This document shows positions 1 to 12,643 of a stretch of DNA of 64,000 nt, in pieces. The DNA is taken from the NCBI RefSeq assembly GCF_000143415.4, contig NW_003314303.1, positions 1,177,322 to 1,241,321 on the forward strand, in the 5' to 3' direction. Source of the DNA: Selaginella moellendorffii. Taxonomy: Eukaryota; Plantae; Lycopodiophyta. Position 1 is the first letter of the stretch; each line of letters starts with the position of its first letter. The position numbers were made by a program, and so were the translations under genes. A model generated the notes under the pieces. That model made no database searches. It saw only the letters and a program-made list of their open reading frames with translations, and was not told the origin of the DNA.

Positions 1-265
1 GCTTATCTAGCGCCGTGTAGAAGAGCGCGTAGAATCCAGCAAACAGGAAGCTGTAGTTGATCACCATAAAATCCTGGAGCGGCAGCGTCCTGGCGGGCAG
101 CGGCAAGGGCATCAGCGGCTTCGGCGACGCCAGCGCCATTAGAAGGAGCGCCGTGAAGAGGATCGGCCACACAAACACGACGTGGATGCCGACATTGATC
201 CTGTTGCTGTGATAGGCGCCATAGAAGGCGAAATGCTTCTCCAGATCGAGGATCCCTCTCGCCAT
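1..265 (-). CDS. Mpo1/DUF962 (YGL010W-like) ER membrane protein, 5' part; runs off window
   Basis: Manual translation from ATG at 265: MARGILDLEKHFAFYGAYHSNRINVGIHVVFVWPILFTALLL..., the FYGAYH..N..IH motif of the Mpo1 family. Not in the ORF track. Confidence 0.85.
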   Translation of the reverse strand, partial: MARGILDLEKHFAFYGAYHSNRINVGIHVVFVWPILFTALLLMALASPKPLMPLPLPARTLPLQDFMVINYSFLFAGFYALFYTALDK

Positions 266-346
266 CGCTAGAGTTTTAGGGCTCTTGCAGAGATTTATAC
301 CCAAACGCTATCTGGCCGTACACGTGGCAGAATTAGGGTTCTAGCT
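266..346. promoter_or_regulatory. Compact bidirectional promoter
   Basis: 81 bp between divergent ATGs (265 and 347). Contains CACGTG (G-box) and TTAGGG(TT) telo-box-like motifs. Confidence 0.55.
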
Positions 347-2133
<1,787 letters not shown>

Positions 2134-2273
2134 CCAAGAGTTCCAAATTTTGAGAGACTGGTAGCTATGATTCAGGTTTTGATTCTCAGGCAGGTATGAT
2201 AAAACTCAAACTTCGTACTTATTTTTGTTATGGATGATCCACAAACAAGACAGCGAAAAGAATATCGAAGTGC

Positions 2274-2658
2274 TCACGCGGAGTAGTCGATATCGATGAC
2301 TCCTGCGATTCTTCCGAATGCCTTCTGGGTATCAAAAGCTCCTGGACAGCAGCCATTACCAATACATTTGGTGGAGTAGAAGTGTCCACATGCGGCTTTA
2401 ATGTTATAGATCCCTGGCGATGCCGCTGCAAACATAAAATCTGATGGAAGATCGCCGTTCTCGTAGCAGGCCTATTGCGAGACGAAAGAGAGAGGTCATC
2501 ATCCTACTGGTATAGTGAAAAGTTCCAGTTATCTTCTTACACTCTTTCTGTTTGTGGTGCATAGCTGCGCTAAGAATTCCCAGGCTTGGCTCGAGGACTG
2601 CCATGAACACTACGGTGGCAATGGCAAGAGCAGCGAAGGCTTTGGCAGTAGAAGCCAT
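2274..2658 (-). pseudogene. Divergent EG45-like/PNP paralog with internal deletions
   Basis: Signal peptide MASTAKAFAALAIA..., an intron, then ACYENGDLPSDFMFAAASPGIYNIKAACG...GNGCCPGAFDTQKAFGRIAGVIDIDYSA*. Lacks the RNGNTIRVQIVDLCPG segment present in paralogs. Confidence 0.65.
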
Positions 2659-3025
2659 CATGGAGGAAATGCAAATGCGACATGGAACTTGTCGAGAAAC
2701 GCGTGCGTACGCATTGCGTATTTATACTCGACCAAGAAGCGCTAGACTACAGTAAAAATTCTCTTTCCAAAGAGACCGCAATGGTGCCATTTTTTTCTCT
2801 TGAAGCCTCTGAACTCCACGTCCCAGACTTTGCCATGCAAGCTCGCTACGTACCACGCCATTAAAGCCTGGTAAAGATTTCAAAGCTCTCACAATTGTGT
2901 ATGGGTAAGAAGGCTGGAATCGAGAAAGAAATAACAAGATGTCAATCTTCTTGATAAATCCTTTTATTGTGATCATGGATCATTGTAGTTCTTCTTTAGG
3001 GCAGCGATAGTGCTTTGGAGCATAT

Positions 3026-3478
3026 CTAGCATGCGTTGTAGTTGACACTGATAACTCCAACAGCTGGGTCTGCAATACGTGCAAATGCCTCTTGGGAGAG
3101 ATCAAAGGCGCCTGGACAGCCCGGGCAAAGATCCACGATCTGCACTCGGATGGTGTCGCCATTCCTGCAGCCATTTCCAGTGCATCTCACGCAGAAAAAG
3201 GTCCCGCAAGCTGCGCCATTGTTGTAGACTGCCGGAGACGCCGCTGCGAACAGAAAATCTGCTGGGAGAGGATTAAACCCAAAGCAAGCCGACGCTGCAC
3301 GAGAAGTTGATCGAGATTTTCACGAATGAGAGTTTAGAACTGCAAAGATCTTACGCTGGTATGGAGGTGTATAGAACGTAGCCCTGCTGGAAATTCCCTG
3401 GGCCATGCTTGGCACCACGAGTGCCAGGAGAAGTGCGGAGGCAATGACTAGAGCAGCAAATCCTTTGCTAGAAGCCAT
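3026..3478 (-). CDS. EG45-like domain (DPBB) / plant natriuretic peptide-like secreted protein, type A
   Basis: Two exons: MASSKGFAALVIASALLLALVVPSMAQGISSRATFYTPPYQ|PSACFGFNPLPADFLFAAASPAVYNNGAACGTFFCVRCTGNGCRNGDTIRVQIVDLCPGCPGAFDLSQEAFARIADPAVGVISVNYNAC*. Confidence 0.88.
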
Positions 3479-4006
3479 GATTCGTGTAGCAAGAGTGAGA
3501 ATGCTTGTATTGAAAACTCAGACTTTATACTCAAGAGATCGCTGGGACGGGAATGCAAAGAGTGTTCTACTTTGAAGTTTCACAGCGGAGTTCCTGGACC
3601 ACCAAAAACGACTCTGGGTGATTGACGTGGGATTTTCAACACGACTCATCTCAGTTTTCCTCACGGCTCATCTCAGTTTTCCTCAAGATCAGTTGTCCCG
3701 TTTTCTCGTTCTAGAGGCGTGTTCAAGTTTACGTAGAAAAGAGTTTTGCCGTTCTCTGAGTCACGAGCCATACGAAAGAAAGTCTATCCAATTCTAGACG
3801 ATGAAGAGTTTGGGTGGCGAAGTTTCTTACATCTCCAAGGTGCCACGAGCCCTATGACTATCGAAGTCTATCCAATTGAATACGACGTGAAAGGCTCTTT
3901 TATAATCCATATGACACATATTCATAAGTTCTAGCGTTTAGTTTTTCAACGCTTCTTTCCAGAGAAATACGTACTTATTTGCAAACCCCCTTTTTTATCC
4001 AAATGC

Positions 4007-4496
4007 TTAGCACCTACGATAAGTAAGAGAGATTATAACATCACCAACATAGATTTCGATGTTGATGACACTGGCATCTGGGTTTGCAATTCTTGCAAAT
4101 GCCTGCTGGGAGAGATCAAAGGCACCCGGGCAGCCCGGGCAAAGATCCACGATCTTCACGCGGATAACATTGCTGTTCCTGCAGCCATTGCTCGTGCATT
4201 TCACGCAGTAGTAGTGTCCGCAAGCGGCTCCATTGCTGTAAATAGATGGAGCCGCTGCTGCAAAGCTATAATCTGATGGAAGAGAACCATAGCCATAGCA
4301 AGTTGGTGTTGGTGGATCAGAGAAAAACATTTTTAGGTGTCACTGTGCATGATGAATTCGTGAAAGCTTAAGTTCTTACGCTTGTATTGGTTGTAGAAAG
4401 TGGCTTTGCTTGCGATTCCTAGGCTTGGCTCCGCAAATGCCAAGAGCAGCGTGGTGGCAATGAAGAAAGCAGCAAAGGGGCTTTGGTAGAAGCCAT
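4007..4496 (-). pseudogene. EG45-like type B pseudogene
   Basis: Near-identical to the 10329 and 16066 copies. It has a 2-nt insertion just after the ATG (gcaaaggggctttgg vs gcaaaggctttgg) and a deletion removing the last splice donor. Confidence 0.8.
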
Positions 4497-4987
4497 GGAT
4501 GTGGATAATCGCGAAGTAGTGTTCGATGTTGAAAATAATCGTGAACGGGAAGATAATCGTCATGTGATGAAAGTTAAATTCTGCAATTCAAGGAAAGAGC
4601 TTATTTCAAAGCCCTAAAATTCTTGGCAAACGTTGAATACTTCATAATGAATTGAAAGTACATTGTATTCCAGGAGGGACACTCTAGTCATGGATTTATG
4701 GAACGAGTGTTCAAGAGACTGTTGATGTTGAAGCTTATCGTGAACGAGTGCTTGATGATGAAGATAATCCTCATGTGATTATATTATAGTTGAGGAATGA
4801 AAGTTCAAAACGATATCAAATTCTGGGATGCCAGAATAATTCAAGACTAAAACTTTGAAAGCCGTAAAATTCCATGTAACCTGTAAATTCATCAACACCA
4901 AACTTCAATAATGCGAGCAGAACCATTAGATTAAAAATAAATAAGCTGTAATTAAATGTAGTTATTAACTTTGTACAAAGATTTGTA

Positions 4988-5885
4988 TGTATCTTGGCTC
5001 ACATCGAAGCTCACTTCCACTTTCTTTCCACCACTCTTCTCGACCAAGGCCTTGTAGCTTCCAGTGTGAAACTTCCCTTCCTTGTCTGTGGAACCAGAGA
5101 GCTCCGTCTGCCACAGCCTCTTCCCAGCTTCATTCACAATGGCCATCCTGCCAGAATCCCCACAGCACCACTCCCTCCACTTCTGGATGAGCAAACGCTT
5201 CGCGCAGCACAGCCTCCAAGTCGTCCACTCGGACGTGCTCGTTGCTCGAAGACACGTCCAACAAGCCGCAAAGAATCACCCCCACGGGAATGTAGACATG
5301 GCCTTGGACGCAGATACCACTGACTGGAGCACCTTGTGTTGAGTATATACACTGTCTATGACATGAGCTTAAATAGCAGTAGTGCCACCTCACTGATCCA
5401 GGTGTAGGCTAGAGGTGTGTTTCTTGATCATGTCTATCTTTGTCCATTGTAACTTCTGCGTATCTCGTCATGGTATCAGAGTTGTAAGTTCTTGAGTAGG
5501 AAACAGAGTCCTGTCGTGGATATGAGAGAGTGATTGGATGTAGAGGGGATTCATGTCATTGAGATTAAGAGGGTATATGCTTTCTATGACATGGATCTTG
5601 ATCATGTATATTTAGCTATGACAATATATTCAAGCTACATCATAGCTTCCACATATCTCTTCACCTTGCATGATCGAACTCTCAATTTTCTGGACGTGTT
5701 TCTGAGCTGAGGAGCTCATCTTCAACGTGGTAGTCATTGACGAAGAGCCAGACCGGTAGATCCAGAGCTTGAACATGTTGGCGTGAACCTCGTCACCCAG
5801 CCTGCTCTTGTAGAAATCCCTGTCCTTGTTCACGTTGTAGAACTGAAAGCAGAGCTCTCTGTACCACCTGATCACGTTCTAGAGG
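4988..5885 (-). pseudogene. Duplicated 3' fragment of the GH10 xylanase, interrupted by a TRIM
   Basis: Matches 17265-17960 with deletions (FAHPEVEGVVLWGFWQ, DFYKSRLGDEVHANMFK). Confidence 0.85.
5337..5663 (+). mobile_element. TRIM (terminal-repeat retrotransposon in miniature)
   Basis: Absent from the intact GH10 gene. Flanked by the 5-bp TSD CCTTG, with TG...CA ends. 5' repeat 5337-5470 is followed by PBS TGGTATCAGAG (tRNA-iMet). The 3' repeat is degenerate. Confidence 0.82.
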
Positions 5886-5994
5886 TTGCTCTAAGCCTGT
5901 CACCCTGGGAGCTTTTACGGACTCTTCCAAGATTCGGTCAGACTTTGGAGAACTTTGCCCACTCAGCAGAAGCATCTCCTCTTCTCCTCATAGT

Positions 5995-6217
5995 GTTAGC
6001 AGCATCTCCGACAGTTTTCAACAATCTCAGAGCTTGCAGGACCTTCTTCTGCTTGAGATGCACTGGAAACGGCTGCAGGGATGGGAACATCATCCGGGTG
6101 CAGATCGTGGATGTTTGGCCGTGCTGTCCAGGAGCCTTTGATCTCTCCCAAGAGGCATTTGCACGAATTGCAAACCCAGATGTTGGAGTTATCAGCCTCA
6201 TCTACAACGGATGCTAA
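5995..6217 (+). pseudogene. 5'-truncated EG45-like type A fragment
   Basis: AASPTVFNNLRACRTFFCLRCTGNGCRDGNIIRVQIVDVWPCCPGAFDLSQEAFARIANPDVGVISLIYNGC*. No signal-peptide exon. Confidence 0.8.
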
Positions 6218-7874
6218 ATGTCTCTGATATCCTTCTGATATCTCACTCGCACGTGCTTCCATGATCATACACAATAAAAGGATTTATCAAGAGGATTGGT
6301 GAATCAAAGGATCTCATTCTTGGCTGATCGATTCTAGCTTCCCTTCCCATATATTATTGCGAGAGCTTTGAAATGACCACAAATACGGATGTGGTATGTA
6401 ACACTGTCATAAACATGCATGGCAAAGTCTGGTTGACGGTTTTGACAGTATGCAAATTTCCCTTGTTTTAAACCAATGCTTCTAAAATAATGGTTTTGAA
6501 TTTCATATATTTCTTATGAACTTTTAAATTTTGCAAGAAAGCCTTTTAAATTTCTCAATGTAATTTGCACTTTCCCTTATCATATTGACATCGCTGTGGA
6601 TTGTTGATCAACTTGCTTGACCAGCTGTCTCCTTGTGCCGCATCTTAGGGCTTGACTCTTAATCCAGGCCCGGGCCTCCATGACACTGAGTTGTCACCCT
6701 CAGCAAAGAATGCTCTTAGGGTGATTCTCTATCCAGAATTTCCAAGACGATGGCAATTCCCTTGCCACACCACACACCCAGCCTGAGCATGCAGGGACTT
6801 CCCGTCTGTAGATGTTAGTCCACTAGTGATGAGCAAAGCCAAGGTCCATAACTTTCTGTGATTGTGTGGGATTCAGCAATTAAGAACTCCCTGATTTGAT
6901 GGCCACGCAACAGTGTCCTCTCAAGCGAGGCCAATTGTTTCTCTACAGCTCAACTATGGAGTCACATATGGGAACTCCTTCTGGTACACACACAGCATGT
7001 GACTTTGAGGTACTGTCTATGAAGCCATCATCATCTTACCCATTCAAAACCACTTACAAAGAGCTTTGCAAGCTCATTGAATTATGCCCCTTGAAGTTTT
7101 AATAAGAACTTCAAGAGGAAAGGAAGATCTCCATGCTTTCACGCTCACCTATAGTGTTTGTGATTGTGATGGAATGTCTATTGCCATTGTTCACATAGAT
7201 TGTTAGTCCAAACAATTTGGAGAATGGCAATTCTTAATGCCTACCAGGTTTTCAACCAGATGGAGAAGTGTGTCTAACCTTGCTTCTTAGCCAGACGCTA
7301 TTAGGCTGCTCTAAAATCTGCCACGTGGAACCTCTAACCAGGAGCTTTTATGCAAACTAACATAAAACAACATAAATTAACAGTTGGCCAAAACGAATAT
7401 TTCTACATATGTCATAAGGATTATATGAAAACAAAGATAAGAGTCGTTCACGTCGTTTTCAATTGGATAGACTTCGATAATCTTATGGCCCGTGACGACT
7501 CCAAGTTTTCTAAAGTGAGATATAAGAAAACTTCGCACCCAAACTCTTCATCGTTTAGAATTGGATAGACTTTCATGATAATCGTATTGCTCGTGACTCA
7601 GAAAGCGGCAAACTCTTTTCTACGTAAACTTGAACACGCCTCTAGAACGGAGAAACGAGACAACTGATTTGAGGAAAAACGTGTTGAAAATCCCACGTCA
7701 ATTACCCAGAGTCCTTTTTGGTGGCCCAGGAACTCCGCTGTGAAACTTCAAAGTACAACACTCGTTGCATTCCCGTCCCAGCGAGCTCTTGAGTATAAAG
7801 TCCGAGTTTTCAATACACTCGTCTCAAGCAGCTCCATATCTTCTTCAAACATTCTCGTTCTTGCTACACAAATC

Positions 7875-8336
7875 ATGGCTTCTAGCAAAGGATTTGCTGC
7901 TCTAGTCATTGCCGCCGCGCTTCTCCTGGCACTCGTGGAGCCAAGTGTGGCCCAGGGAATTTCCAGCAGGGCTACGTTCTACACACCTCCATACCAGCGT
8001 AAGATCTTTGCAGTTCTAAACTCTCATTCGTGAAAATCTTCAACTTCTTGTGTTGCTTCTCGTGCAGCGTCCTCTTGCTTTGGGTTTGATCCTCTCCCAG
8101 CAGATTTTCTGTTCGCAGCGGCGTCTCCGGCAGTCTTCAACAATCGCGCAGCTTGTGGGACCTTTTTCTGCGTGAGATGCACTGGAAATGGCTGCAGGAA
8201 TGGCAACACCATCCGAGTGCAGATCGTGGATCTTTGCCCGGGCTGTCCAGGTGCTTTTGATCTCTCCCAAGAGGCATTTGCACGTATTGCAGACCCAGCT
8301 GTTGGAGTTATCAGTGTCAACTACAACGCATGCTAG
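7875..8336 (+). CDS. EG45-like/PNP-like secreted protein, type A
   Basis: ATG 7875, one GT-AG intron, intact frame ending VISVNYNAC* (TAG 8334-8336). Inverted paralog of 3026-3478, including promoter and 3' flank. Confidence 0.88.
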
Positions 8337-8539
8337 ATATCTCTGATATCATGATCAGTAATCATACACAATAATTTATCAAGAGGATTGATGAATCGTT
8401 CTCGATTCTAGCCTTCTTACCCATACACAATCGTGAGAGCTTTGAAATCTTTTCCAAGCTTTAATGGCGTGGTATGTAGTGATCTTACATGGCAAAGTCT
8501 GGGACGTGGAGTTCGAGGCTTCAAGGGAAGAAATACTGA

Positions 8540-9637
8540 AAGATGTCGCACTGAAAGAAGCCACCTTGTGCCATCAAAGGTTGGGAGTCTGTCAAAACAT
8601 TCTCCACGTCAGCCGAAGTCCAAGACCTTGACACAAAAGATCGGGAGCTTCACTGCAAATATGAAGGTGGCAATGCTGGAAGTGATTCCGGAAGAGAAAG
8701 AAGTTGCCTCAGCTGAGTATCAATGTTTGCAAGGTGTTCCTCAAACGTGAAGTGGTAGGTAACTTCAATGTCAGTGCTGTTGCAATGAAAACTTTCCATC
8801 TTGTGCAATGAAAGATCTTCGTTCAACTCAACAGTTTACAGGAAGGACTTGTAGTTGAGGATGCGACGACTTGTGGAGAATCTTGTGCATTCAGATAGTG
8901 GCCATGAGCATTGTAGAGTGTGGCCTTTGAATGTCCATTAGAGATGTCCTTAACAGGCTGTGGCTCGCCCATTAACTTGATTCGACCATTGGCAATTGTC
9001 GGATTGAGTCACGTTCTCTGCGAGAACGTGGTTGACAACTGCCAGGTTCTCCAGAACCTAGTTGCCAGCTGCCAATTCTGGAGAACCCTCTCATCCTCCA
9101 ATAATGTTATTCCACGTGTCCATTAATGGTCTCGCCACAGCCCGTTAAAGCCGTTCCCGGGCACGGCCTTGCTCGTTCCCTCCAGAAGGCGCTTGCCGGG
9201 CTAACGCCCGGCTCGCCTGTTCTGGGCGGGAACGTGCTCGCCCTACCCAGGAACTGCCTCATCTTTCCAAGCTTCCAAATGGTGATGCCATTCACCTTCT
9301 TATGCCATCCGCATTCAAGGATTATGGAATCCTTCAGAGGTGTGGAGCCAAGCTGTTGGTAGTCCACCACCACAAAATCTGCCTATGAAGGGAGGCCAAA
9401 TACTGAAAACCGAACGCCACTGGCAAATGCCTGTGGGAACCATAGTGTGATTAGCAAATGTCTTCAGGATTAAAGTGTGCTTTGAGATGTGAATATGTGA
9501 TGCTTGGGCAGCTTCCATGGAGATGATGTTGCTGCTTTAACCAGAGTCGACGGGAGCGTCAAGGATGGGCAATCCATGGCTGAAGTCCACTAGTGCAAAG
9601 AATGTGCCAGGATCTGGAAAAACAGTTTTGTCAATCA
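8540..9637 (-). mobile_element. Decayed retroelement fragment (aspartic-protease-like)
   Basis: Minus strand reads ...APVDSG*SSNIISMEAAQ...ADFVVVDY...DSIILECGWHKK, resembling the DSG and ILG..WL motifs of retropepsins, with stops and frameshifts. Repeated at 14761-15391. Confidence 0.55.
8949..9259. mobile_element. 311-bp structured insertion (non-autonomous element of unknown class)
   Basis: Present here but absent in the paralogous unit (empty site gatgtc|catctt near 15025). Made of nested inverted repeats. No clear TSD. Confidence 0.7.
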
Positions 9638-9639
9638 GA

Positions 9640-9878
9640 TGTACGAACAGGAAATCTGCTGGAAGAGGAAAGCAAGACGACGCTGCATGAGGAGCAACAC
9701 AAGAAGTTGATCAAGATTTGATTGCGGATGAAAGTTTCTATATAAAGATCTTATGTAGTTATGGAGGTGTGTCGAATGTAGCCCTGCTGGAAATTCCCTG
9801 GGCCACGCTTGGCTCCACGAGTGCCAGGAAAAGCGCGGCGACAATGACTAGAGCAGCAAATCCTTTGCTAGAAGTCAT
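9640..9878 (-). pseudogene. 3'-truncated EG45-like type A
   Basis: MTSSKGFAALVIVAALFLALVEPSVAQGISSRATFDTPP* has a premature stop. Exon 2 is cut off by the retroelement fragment. Confidence 0.8.
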
Positions 9879-10328
9879 GAGCGAGACTGTTTGAAGAAGA
9901 ACTGGGGCTGCTTGAGACGAGTAACTCGAGTGTGCGAGGACTTTATACTCGAGAGACGTGTATTCTACTTTGAAGTTTCACAGCGGGCCACCAAAAACAA
10001 CTCTGAGTAATGGACATGGGATTTCTAACACGACTTATCTCGTATGTCCTCAAGATCAGTTATCTCGTTTCTCCATTCTAGAGTCGTGTTCAAGTTTACG
10101 TAGAAAAGGGTTTTACCGTTCTCTGAGACACGAGCCGTAAGATTATCAAGTAAGTCTGTTCAATTGAAAACGATGAAGTGCTGGGCTCGTCACGAGCCAC
10201 AATATTATCCAATTGAACACGACATGAAATCTTTGTTTTGTATTAAGGCTTATTCATATCATACTAGTGTTTAGTTTTTCAACATTGAAATACGTACTTA
10301 CTTCGGCTTCTCATCACGTCCCAAATGC

Positions 10329-10841
10329 TTAGCACCTATGATAAGTAAGAGAGATTATAACATCACCAACATAGATTTCTTTTATCATTCTTACTGGTAG
10401 TAGTCGATGTTGATGACACCGGCATCTGGGTTTGCAATTCTTGCAAATGCCTGCTGGGAGAGATCAAAGGCACCTGGGCAGCCCGGGCAAAGATCCAGGA
10501 TCTTCACGCGGATAACATTGCTGTTCCTGCAGCCATTGCTCGTGCATTTCACGCAGTAGTAGCGTCCGCAAGCGGCTCCATTGCTGTAAATAGATGGAGC
10601 CGCTGCTGCAAAGCTATAATCTGATGGAAGAGAACCATAGCCATAGCAAGCTGATGCTGGTGGATCAGAGAAAAACATTTTTAGTTGTTATTGTGCATGA
10701 TGAATTCGTGAAAGCTTATTATAAGTTCTTACGCTTGTATTGGTTGTAGAAAGTGGCTTTGCTTGCGATTCCTAGGCTTGGCTCCGCCAAGAGCAGCGTG
10801 GTGGCAATGAAGAAAGCAGCAAAGGCTTTGGTAGAAGCCAT
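10329..10841 (-). CDS. EG45-like/PNP-like secreted protein, type B (3 exons)
   Basis: MASTKAFAAFFIATTLLLAEPSLGIASKATFYNQYK|PSACYGYGSLPSDYSFAAAAPSIYSNGAACGRYYCVKC...AFDLSQQAFARIANPDAGVINIDYYQ|C*. The last exon contributes only G TGC TAA. Confidence 0.85.
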
Positions 10842-11380
10842 GGATGTATGGAACAGGATAATCACGAACGAGTGTTTGATGTTGAAAATAATCGTGCGAT
10901 GGGGAAGATAATCGTCATGTGATTAGATGTGTAAAAGTTAAATTCTGCAATTCAAGAAAAGATCTTATTTCAAAGCCCTTGGCAAACCTATCTCAAGTTG
11001 AATACTTCATAATGAATTGAAAGTAGAACGAGTGTTCAAGAGACTGTTTGATGTTGAAGCTTATCGTGAACGAGTGGTTGATGATGAAGATAATCCTCAT
11101 GTGATTATATTATAGTTGAGGAATGAAAGTTCAAAACGATATCAAATTCTGCGATGCCAGAATAATTCAAGACTAGAACATGATGCTGGATGCGTATAGA
11201 ATCTTATTGCTGGAAGAGCTTATTTGAAAGCCATAAAATTCCGTGTAACCTGTAAATTCATTAACACCAAACTTCAATAATGCGAGCAGAACCATTAGAT
11301 TAAAAATAAATAAGCTGTAATTAAAGGTAGTTATTAGAATTTTTTTATTGTCAGGATTCGAACTTGTACAAAGATTTATT

Positions 11381-12325
11381 TGTATCTTGGCTCACAAAGC
11401 TCCCACTTTCTTTCCACCACTCTTCTCGACCAAGGCCTTGTAGCTTCCAGTGTGAAACTTCCCTTCCTTGTCTGTGAAGCCAGAGAGCTCCGTCTGCCAC
11501 AGCCTCTTCCCAGCTTCATTCACAAGGTGGCCATCCTGCCAGAATCCCCACAGCACCACTCCCTCCACCGCTGGATGAGCAAACGCTTCGTGCAGCACAG
11601 CCTCCAAGTCGTCCGCTCGGACGTGCTCATTGCTCGAAGACACGTTCAGCAAGCCACAAAGAATTACCCCCACGGGAATGTAGACATGACCTTGGACTCA
11701 GATACCACTGACTGGAGCACCTTATGTTGTGTATATACACTCTCTATGACGTGAGCTTAAATAGCAGTAATGCCACCTCACTGATCCAGGTGTAGGCTAG
11801 AGGTGTGTTTCTTGATCATGTCTATCTTTGTCCATTGTAACTTCTGCATATCTCTTCATGGTATCAGAGTTGTAAGGTTTTGAGAGGGAAATAGAGTCCT
11901 GTCATGGATATGAGAGAATGATTGGATGCAGAGGGGATTCATGTCATTGAGATTAAGAGAGTGTTAAGTATATATGCTTTCTATGACATGAGCGTGGTGC
12001 CATCTCATGTACGCTAGATCTTGATCATGTATATTTAGCTATGACAATATATTCAAGCTATCCTTGTCCATCATAGCTTCCACATATCTCTTCACCTTGT
12101 GCGATTGAACTCTCAATTTGCTGGACGTGTCTCTGAGCTGAGGAGCTCACCTCTCGACCATCTTCAACGTGGTAGTCATTGACAAAGAGCCTGACCGGTG
12201 GATCCAGAGCTTGAACATGTTGCGTGAACCTCGTCACCCAGCCTGCTCTTGTAGAAATCCCTGTCGTTGTTCACGTCACAGTGTTGGAACTGAAGGCAGG
12301 GCTCTCTCTACCACCTGATCACGTT
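11381..12325 (-). pseudogene. Second duplicated 3' fragment of GH10 xylanase, with TRIM
   Basis: Paralog of 4988-5885 (AFAHPAVEGVVLWGFWQ). Confidence 0.85.
11725..12094 (+). mobile_element. TRIM, second copy (duplicated with host block)
   Basis: Repeat 1 11725-11858 (TGTTG...CTTCA), PBS TGGTATCAGAG 11859-11869, purine tract GAGATTAAGAGAG, repeat 2 11962-12094 (TGTTA...CTTCA). TSD CCTTA/CCTTG. Confidence 0.85.
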
Positions 12326-12439
12326 CTAGAGGTTGCTCTAAGCCTGTCACCCTGGAAGCTTTTATGGACTCTTCCAGGATTCAGACAGACTTGAGAATTT
12401 TGCCCACTCAGCAGAGGCATCTCCTCTTCTCCTCATAGT

Positions 12440-12643
12440 GTTAGCAGCATCTCCGACAGTCTTCAACAATCTCAGAGCTTCTTCTGCTTGAGATGCACTG
12501 GAAACGGCTGCAGGGATGGGAACACCATCCGAGTGCAGATCGTGGGTGCTGTCCAGGCGCCTTTGATCTCTCCCAAGAGGCATTTGCACGAATTGCAAAC
12601 CCAGATGTTGGAGTTATCAGCATCATCTACAACTGATGCTAAA
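12440..12643 (+). pseudogene. 5'-truncated EG45-like fragment
   Basis: Paralog of 5995-6217 with further deletions. Confidence 0.75.

Noticed and set aside
3042-3310. ORF-track proteins such as MTLITPTAGSAIRANASWERSK (also 8024-8320, 14285-14581)
   Set aside because: Antisense shadows of EG45-like exon 2.
6550-7330. Possible decayed coding or TE sequence (copy at about 12950-13520)
   Set aside because: No recognisable motif in any frame, so it cannot be named.
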